A program made the translations under genes and the position numbers. A DNA stretch of 61,725 nucleotides from Limnochordia bacterium (GTDB taxonomy: Bacteria; Bacillota; Limnochordia; DTU087; JAAYGB01): contig JAWLBR010000006.1 in NCBI GenBank assembly GCA_041687495.1, positions 1-61,725 on the forward strand. Direction: 5' to 3'. The notes under the pieces are model-generated. The model searched no databases. It was not told where the DNA came from and saw only the letters and a list, made by a program, of their open reading frames with translations. Shown in pieces: positions 55,209-61,725 of the stretch (its first letter is position 1; each line of letters starts with the position of its first letter).

Positions 55209-57194
55209 ATGAATGACAACAAGCTAAGAGTAGTCTCCGAGTACAAACCGGCGGGAGACCAGCCTGAAGCCATCGACAAACTGGTGGCCGGGCTGCAGCA
55301 GGGGATGAAAGAGCAGACTCTGCTGGGGGCAACGGGTACGGGTAAGACGTTCACGTTGGCCAATGTGATTTCGGCAGTGCAGAAACCGACATTGGTCATA
55401 GCCCACAACAAGACGCTGGCAGCCCAGCTCTACAACGAGTTCAAAGAGTTCTTTCCGGACAATGCGGTCCACTACTTCGTCAGCTACTACGACTACTACC
55501 AACCAGAAGCCTACATTCCTCAGACCGACACGTATATCGAGAAGGATTCCAGCATCAACGATGAGATTGACCGTTTGCGTCACGCCGCCACCAGTGCGTT
55601 GTTTGAGCGGCGAGATGTGGTGATCGTGGCCAGTGTCTCCTGTATCTATGGACTGGGTTCTCCCGATGACTACGTGGGCATGACCCTGTCTCTCAAGCAC
55701 GGTGACTTCCGAGATCGGGATAACATTCTGCGCCGGCTGGTGGGAATTCAATACCAGCGCAACGATGTTGGCTTTACCCGGGGGACTTTCCGGGTCAGAG
55801 GAGACGTCATTGAGATTATCCCTGTTTACAATGAAAACGTTATTCGGATTGAGATGTTTGGCGATGAAGTCGAACGGATTTTGGAGCTTGATCCCATCAC
55901 CGGAGAGATAATCGGTGAACGGGATACCTTGACCATCTACCCGGCGACTCACTTTATTACCCCAGAGGATAAACTAAAGCGGGCACTGAGCTCTATTGAG
56001 ACGGAGCTGAATGACCGCCTGAAGGAACTGCGGGACCAGGGCAAACTGCTGGAAGCGCAGCGGCTGGAACAGCGGACCAATTACGATCTGGAGATGCTGC
56101 AGGAAGTCGGGTACTGTCAAGGTGTAGAAAACTATTCCCGACATTTGGACGGACGGGAAGCCGGTTCGGCTCCAGCCACCTTGCTCGACTACTTCCCCGG
56201 CGACTTCTTGCTGGTGATTGACGAGTCGCACATGACCGTTCCGCAGATCTCTGCCATGTATGCCGGTGACCGTTCCCGGAAAGAGACTTTGGTGGGGCAT
56301 GGCTTCCGTTTGCCCTCGGCCCTGGACAATCGGCCCTTGCGGTTTGATGAATTTGAGAGGCGGGTAAACCAGGTTGTCTACTTGTCGGCCACACCGGCGG
56401 AATATGAGAAGAAACGCAGCTCCCAGATTGTGGAGCAGATCATTCGACCGACCGGACTGGTTGACCCTGAAGTGGAAGTTCGGCCGGTTAAGGGCCAGAT
56501 TGATGATCTGTTGGGTGAAATTCAGAAAGTGGTCAAGCGCAAGGAAAGGGTTCTAGTCACTACACTGACTATTAAGATGGCAGAAGACTTAACCGACTAC
56601 CTGGCCGAAATGGGCATTAAGGTAAGATACCTGCACTCCCAGATCGATACTCTGGAGCGGATCGAGATTGTGCGGGATCTGCGGCTGGGCGTCTTTGATG
56701 TTCTTGTCGGGATTAACCTCTTGCGGGAGGGTCTAGACTTACCTGAGGTCTCGTTAATCGCTATTCTTGACGCAGATAAGGAAGGCTTCCTGAGATCTGA
56801 GACTTCGCTGATTCAGACCATAGGCCGGGCTGCAAGAAACGTCAACGGTCGGGTCGTCATGTACGCAGATCGCATGACTGGCTCGATGCAGAGGGCCATT
56901 GATGAGACCAACCGCCGCCGGTCTGTGCAGCTGGAATACAATCGGAAGCACGGAATTACGCCTGCCACGGTCAAGAAGCGCATCGCCGACCTGGTGGCTG
57001 CCTCGAAGGCAGCGGAAGAAGAGACTAAGTACGGAGCAGAGAAGCAGGCGATGAACAGCGAAGAGATTTCCGCACGAATTGCCGACCTGGAGAAAGAGAT
57101 GTTTGCCGCCGCCGAGAAGCTGGAGTTTGAGCGAGCTGCAGAGCTGCGGGATGAGATTGAACTGCTGCGGGAAGCCCTGGTCCAGAGCGCGTAG
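55209..57194 (+). CDS. uvrB: Excinuclease ABC subunit B
   Basis: [22 protein letters not shown] beta-hairpin, [14 protein letters not shown]-terminal UVR domain. Confidence 0.98.
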   Translation: MNDNKLRVVSEYKPAGDQPEAIDKLVAGLQQGMKEQTLLGATGTGKTFTLANVISAVQKPTLVIAHNKTLAAQLYNEFKEFFPDNAVHYFVSYYDYYQPEAYIPQTDTYIEKDSSINDEIDRLRHAATSALFERRDVVIVASVSCIYGLGSPDDYVGMTLSLKHGDFRDRDNILRRLVGIQYQRNDVGFTRGTFRVRGDVIEIIPVYNENVIRIEMFGDEVERILELDPITGEIIGERDTLTIYPATHFITPEDKLKRALSSIETELNDRLKELRDQGKLLEAQRLEQRTNYDLEMLQEVGYCQGVENYSRHLDGREAGSAPATLLDYFPGDFLLVIDESHMTVPQISAMYAGDRSRKETLVGHGFRLPSALDNRPLRFDEFERRVNQVVYLSATPAEYEKKRSSQIVEQIIRPTGLVDPEVEVRPVKGQIDDLLGEIQKVVKRKERVLVTTLTIKMAEDLTDYLAEMGIKVRYLHSQIDTLERIEIVRDLRLGVFDVLVGINLLREGLDLPEVSLIAILDADKEGFLRSETSLIQTIGRAARNVNGRVVMYADRMTGSMQRAIDETNRRRSVQLEYNRKHGITPATVKKRIADLVAASKAAEEETKYGAEKQAMNSEEISARIADLEKEMFAAAEKLEFERAAELRDEIELLREALVQSA

Positions 57195-57272
57195 GGTGAA
57201 TACGGTAGCGGTTGACGATGCAATAGATATTCAGTCGGCCAGGGATGGCTTCAGGTTTGGAGGGCAAAAAGA

Positions 57273-60170
57273 GTGACCAAGGACCAAATTGTAATCAAGG
57301 GAGCTAGACAGCACAACCTCAAGAATGTGGACCTGACCATCCCGAGAAACAAGCTGGTTGTGTTTACCGGTCTCAGTGGCTCAGGCAAATCCTCATTGGC
57401 CTTTGACACCATTTACGCCGAAGGACAACGGCGGTATGTGGAGTCCTTGTCTGCCTATGCTAGACAGTTCCTCGGTCAGATGGATAAACCGGACATAGAC
57501 TTTATCGAGGGTCTGTCGCCGGCCATTTCCATTGATCAAAAGACAACCAATAAGAATCCCCGTTCAACGGTGGGAACGGTGACAGAGATTTACGACTACC
57601 TCCGGTTGCTGTTTGTTCGGGTGGGACACCCTCACTGTTTCCAGTGCGGGCGGCCAATTGAACAGCAGACAGTGGAGCAGATTGTGGACCACGTGATGGA
57701 GCTGCCGGAGCGCACTCGCCTGCAGGTCTTGGCTCCGGTGGTGAGAGGGCGCAAAGGCGAGTATCGTAAGCTGTTTGAGGAGATCCGCAAGGACGGGTTT
57801 GTCCGGGTACGGGTTGACGGAGAGATGCATGAAGTTGGGGATGAGTTCAACCTCGATAAGAAAAAGAAGCACGATATCGAGGTTGTCGTCGACAGAATTG
57901 TGATTAGATCGGATATTGAAGGGCGGTTGGCGGATTCCATCGAGACTGCTTTGCGGCGGGCCGAGGGCCTGGTTGTCATTGATGTCATCGATGGAGAAGA
58001 GATGCTGTTTAGTGAGCATTTCGCCTGTGTCGATTGCGGCATCAGCTTTGAAGAGCTGACCCCGCGGATGTTTTCATTTAACAGTCCCTTTGGCGCCTGC
58101 CCCGACTGTGATGGGTTGGGCAGCCGGATGGAGTTTGACCCAGACTTATTCCTAGACTTAGACAAGAGTATCAATGACGGTGGGATTGTCCCGTGGTCAA
58201 AGACTACTAGCAAGTGGATTTGGGGTATCCTGGAAGCAGTATGCTCCAAGCATGATATCGACATGGCTCTGCCGCTGCGGGAGCTCACCAAGAAACAGAT
58301 GAAGATCTTGCTGCGGGGAGTGAAAGGAAAAGTAACGTTTCCTTACACTAACCAAGCTGGCCGCACCCGCAATTTCGAAGTTGAGTTCGGCGGGGTCATT
58401 GACCACTTGGAAAAACGGCTGCGGGAGACCACTTCCGACTATATTCGCCGAGATCTCGAGCAGTATATGAGCACTAACCTGTGCCCGACTTGCCACGGAG
58501 CTCGGCTCCGCAAGGAAGCCCTCGGTGTCACCGTTGGCCGAAAGAATATCTCTGAAGTCACAGCGCTTCCCGTCACCGATGCGTTGGAGTTCTTCTCGCA
58601 TCTGGAACTGACAGACCGGGAGTTGTCCATTGCCAGGCAGGTGCTGAAGGAGATTAGGGAGAGACTGAGTTTCCTCGCCAATGTCGGCCTAGATTACCTT
58701 ACCTTGGACAGGATGTCGGGGACGTTGTCCGGCGGAGAAGCCCAACGGATTCGGCTGGCAACTCAGATTGGCTCGAGTCTAGTGGGAGTGCTGTATATCC
58801 TGGACGAGCCCAGCATTGGACTGCACCAGCGAGACAACCGAAAACTGTTGGAGACGCTAAAGGGTCTGCGGGACTTGGGCAACACAGTCATTGTGGTCGA
58901 GCACGACGACGAGACTATTCTCGAGGCAGATTATGTAGTGGATATCGGCCCTGGGGCTGGCGCCCACGGTGGGGAGGTCGTCGTCGCTGGGACGGTACCA
59001 GAAGTTCTCGCGGAAGAACGGTCGATTACCGGCCGCTTCCTCTCTGGGAAGGAAGAGATTACGGTACCTCGATCTCGTCGCGAGCCCAACGGAAAGTGGT
59101 TGACCATTAAGGGAGCGGAGGAGAACAACCTCAGGAAACTAGACGTTCCTATTCCTTTGGGTGTGTTTACCTGTGTCACCGGTGTCTCCGGATCCGGCAA
59201 GAGTACCTTAGTCAACGAGGTGTTGTATAAGCGCCTCGCCCACGATCTGCATCGGGCCGCGGCAAAGGCCGGCAAGCATCGGGATATTGAAGGTCTGGAA
59301 AACCTGGAAAAGGTGATCGACATTGACCAGTCACCTATTGGCCGGACGCCGAGGTCAAATCCCGCCACTTACACGGGAGCCTTTGATGCCATCAGGCAGT
59401 TGTTTGCCCAGACTTCCGAGGCAAAGATGCGGGGTTACCAAGCGGGTCGGTTCAGCTTTAACGTCAAGGGTGGACGATGTGAGGCGTGTCGGGGAGACGG
59501 CATCATTAAGATCGAGATGCACTTCCTGCCCGATGTTTACGTCCCTTGTGAAGTGTGTAAAGGCAAGCGATACAATCGAGAAACCCTCGAGATCAAGTAT
59601 AAAGGTAAGACCATTTCAGATGTGCTGGACATGACAGTGGAAGAAGGGCTGGAGTTCTTCCAGAACCTGCCCAGTATCAGGCGGAAGATGGAGACACTGT
59701 ATGCCGTCGGACTGGGATATATGCGGCTGGGGCAGCCGGCAACTACTCTGTCCGGGGGAGAAGCGCAGCGGGTAAAGCTGGCTACTGAGCTCAGTCGCCG
59801 CAGCAATGGCAAGACGCTGTATATCCTCGATGAGCCGACGACCGGTCTGCATGTGGCAGATATCAAGAAACTGTTGGAAGTACTGCAACGGTTGGTAGAG
59901 GCGGGAGACAGCGTCCTGGTCATCGAGCACAACTTGGATGTGATCAAAACTGCAGACTATATCATTGATCTAGGTCCCGAGGGGGGCAATCGGGGGGGAA
60001 CCATTGTTGCCGCCGGCACCCCCGAGGAGGTCGCGGCGGAAAAACGCTCATATACCGGGCAGTTCTTGCTCCCCATTCTGGAGAAAGCCAAGGCCAAGGC
60101 GCACATGGTGGCTGCTGAAGCGGAGACCGCTGCCGATCAGGTAGAAGCGGTGGCAGTGAACGGATCATAG
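57273..60170 (+). CDS. uvrA: Excinuclease ABC subunit A
   Basis: Two ABC domains ([24 protein letters not shown] twice) and zinc fingers. Confidence 0.98.
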   Translation: MTKDQIVIKGARQHNLKNVDLTIPRNKLVVFTGLSGSGKSSLAFDTIYAEGQRRYVESLSAYARQFLGQMDKPDIDFIEGLSPAISIDQKTTNKNPRSTVGTVTEIYDYLRLLFVRVGHPHCFQCGRPIEQQTVEQIVDHVMELPERTRLQVLAPVVRGRKGEYRKLFEEIRKDGFVRVRVDGEMHEVGDEFNLDKKKKHDIEVVVDRIVIRSDIEGRLADSIETALRRAEGLVVIDVIDGEEMLFSEHFACVDCGISFEELTPRMFSFNSPFGACPDCDGLGSRMEFDPDLFLDLDKSINDGGIVPWSKTTSKWIWGILEAVCSKHDIDMALPLRELTKKQMKILLRGVKGKVTFPYTNQAGRTRNFEVEFGGVIDHLEKRLRETTSDYIRRDLEQYMSTNLCPTCHGARLRKEALGVTVGRKNISEVTALPVTDALEFFSHLELTDRELSIARQVLKEIRERLSFLANVGLDYLTLDRMSGTLSGGEAQRIRLATQIGSSLVGVLYILDEPSIGLHQRDNRKLLETLKGLRDLGNTVIVVEHDDETILEADYVVDIGPGAGAHGGEVVVAGTVPEVLAEERSITGRFLSGKEEITVPRSRREPNGKWLTIKGAEENNLRKLDVPIPLGVFTCVTGVSGSGKSTLVNEVLYKRLAHDLHRAAAKAGKHRDIEGLENLEKVIDIDQSPIGRTPRSNPATYTGAFDAIRQLFAQTSEAKMRGYQAGRFSFNVKGGRCEACRGDGIIKIEMHFLPDVYVPCEVCKGKRYNRETLEIKYKGKTISDVLDMTVEEGLEFFQNLPSIRRKMETLYAVGLGYMRLGQPATTLSGGEAQRVKLATELSRRSNGKTLYILDEPTTGLHVADIKKLLEVLQRLVEAGDSVLVIEHNLDVIKTADYIIDLGPEGGNRGGTIVAAGTPEEVAAEKRSYTGQFLLPILEKAKAKAHMVAAEAETAADQVEAVAVNGS

Positions 60171-60186
60171 ACTGGGGTTGGTCGGC

Positions 60187-61725
60187 ATGGACCTGCAAGA
60201 AAAACTGAGACTCCTGCCTACACAGCCAGGGGTCTATCTGATGAAAAACCAAGCGGGGGAGATCATCTACGTTGGCAAAGCGGTCTCCCTGCGCAATCGG
60301 GTACGATCATACTTTCAGTCCAGCCGCAATCACTCGCCGAAAGTGGTGGCGATGGTAGAGAACATCGCCGACTTCGAGTACATTGTGACGGACTCGGAAG
60401 TTGAAGCTTTGATCCTGGAATCTAATTTGATCAAGAAATACTCGCCGTGGTACAATGTGCGGCTGAAGGATGACAAGCACTACCCGTATCTGAAGATCAC
60501 TCTGGATGAACCATTTCCCAGAGTGGTGATTGCTAGAAGGATGAAGAAGGATGGGGCCAGATACTTTGGCCCCTATACTAGTTCCAAAGCTGTTCGGGAC
60601 ACGATGAAGTTTATCCGGAGGCTGTTTCCCATCCGCTCCTGCAACAAGGCTATTCAGCCTGGATCGTGCGAGCGGCCCTGCCTGAATTACCACATCGGTC
60701 GCTGCTTAGGCCCCTGCGCGGGGAAGGTAACGCCAGAGGAGTATCGGGAAGTCATCGATCAAGTGATTATGTTTCTTGAAGGCAAGCAGGAGAGTCTGGT
60801 GGCCGATCTTGAGAAGCGGATGGCTCAAGCGGCCAGGGAATTGAGGTTCGAGGCTGCGGCTAAGCTGCGGGACCAGGTAGAGTCGATGCGAAAGGTCATC
60901 GAGAGACAGAAGATCATCAGTTCCACCATGGAAGATCAGGACGTGCTGGGTCTAGCCACTGTGGCGGATACCGCTTGTGTTCAGATCTTCTTTGTCCGAG
61001 GTGGGAAACTTATCGGTAGAGAGCACTTCTTCTTGGAAATTGCCCCGGATGAGGCTTCTGAGGAGATCTTGACGGGATTTATCGAACAGTACTATTCCCG
61101 GGCTACAGACATTCCCAAGGAACTGCTGCTGCCATCGGCCATTCCAGATTCGGAGATCTTTGAGGAATGGCTTTCGGGACTTAGGGGGCATCGGGTCTAT
61201 CTGAGAGTGCCGCAGCGGGGCGAGAAACGGCGTTTGGTGGAGATGGTGCAGGAGAACGCCGAAGTGGTCATGAAAGAGCGACGCTCCCAGGCCGAAAGGA
61301 AGCGGGAGGACCTGCAGCGGGCGCTGGAGGAGCTGCAGAAGGAGTTGGGCCTGCCTCATCTGCCCCGCCGCATCGAGGGCTTTGATATCTCCAACATCCA
61401 AGGAACTCAGGCTGTGGGCTCCATGGTGGTGTTTGTGGATGGCGAATCTGCACCCAACGAGTACCGCCGCTTCAAAGTCAAGACCAAGGATACGCCCGAC
61501 GACTTTGCCATGATGCGAGAAGTGCTGACCCGGCGCTTTGTGCGGGGGCTGAAAGAGCAGGAAGATTTGGAGCAACTTGAGGGAGCGGAGCGGCAAGAGG
61601 CGGGAGCGAAAGCCAAATTTGCCCGATTCCCGGACCTGCTCCTCATCGACGGAGGTAAAGGGCAGCTAGGGGTGGCCCGAGAGGTGCTGCGGGAGTTAGG
61701 TCTGGAGGGAATGCCCACCGCCGGC
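60187..61725 (+). CDS. uvrC: Excinuclease ABC subunit C, truncated at the window end (absent from the ORF track)
   Basis: Manual translation MDLQEKLRLLPTQPGVYLMKNQAGEIIYVGKAVSLRNRVRSYF (GIY-YIG); later RIEGFDISN and PDLLLIDGGKGQL. Confidence 0.96.
   Translation, partial: MDLQEKLRLLPTQPGVYLMKNQAGEIIYVGKAVSLRNRVRSYFQSSRNHSPKVVAMVENIADFEYIVTDSEVEALILESNLIKKYSPWYNVRLKDDKHYPYLKITLDEPFPRVVIARRMKKDGARYFGPYTSSKAVRDTMKFIRRLFPIRSCNKAIQPGSCERPCLNYHIGRCLGPCAGKVTPEEYREVIDQVIMFLEGKQESLVADLEKRMAQAARELRFEAAAKLRDQVESMRKVIERQKIISSTMEDQDVLGLATVADTACVQIFFVRGGKLIGREHFFLEIAPDEASEEILTGFIEQYYSRATDIPKELLLPSAIPDSEIFEEWLSGLRGHRVYLRVPQRGEKRRLVEMVQENAEVVMKERRSQAERKREDLQRALEELQKELGLPHLPRRIEGFDISNIQGTQAVGSMVVFVDGESAPNEYRRFKVKTKDTPDDFAMMREVLTRRFVRGLKEQEDLEQLEGAERQEAGAKAKFARFPDLLLIDGGKGQLGVAREVLRELGLEGMPTAG

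Overview
Core-plus-metabolic chromosomal segment of a moderately GC-rich, flagellated and probably endospore-forming Bacillota (Firmicutes) bacterium; the taxonomy is inferred from gene content and order. It starts at the end of a flagellar operon (fliS) and runs through about 39 kb of sugar, redox, transport and stress genes: nanE, LacI, a URO-D-like protein, three MFS transporters, manA, a QueG-like protein, a DUF815 ATPase, glyoxalase, nitroreductase, ogt, sdpR-sdpI, an OYE flavoenzyme, Fe-ADH, two AKRs, DUF421/DUF4363, SIMPL, galM, two amino-acid ABC modules, a Ski2/HelY-like helicase, an M20 amidohydrolase, a FlgN/FliT-like protein, FapA and dppABC. It ends in the housekeeping block csp-hpf-secA-prfB (programmed +1 frameshift)-[DUF2993-DUF5693-csaB-tagA]-yitT-ctpA-minJ-divergent polysaccharide deacetylase-MBL hydrolase-uvrBAC, with uvrC truncated by the window end. 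I found no mobile element, prophage, CRISPR array, tRNA/rRNA or recognisable defence system, and no single clear-cut novel system. The best leads are: (i) an 11-bp long-range 5'UTR/stop-codon pairing plus an SD-sequestering fold in the cold-shock mRNA; (ii) an LmeA-like/DUF5693/CsaB/TagA envelope-polymer operon; (iii) a divergent URO-D/MtaA-like enzyme inside a ManNAc/mannose cluster; (iv) a Ski2-like helicase with a CX7C...CX7C insert linked to flagellar genes; (v) a recurring SigH-like promoter motif in front of the accessory genes. All product calls come from motif recognition by eye; no database searches were run.
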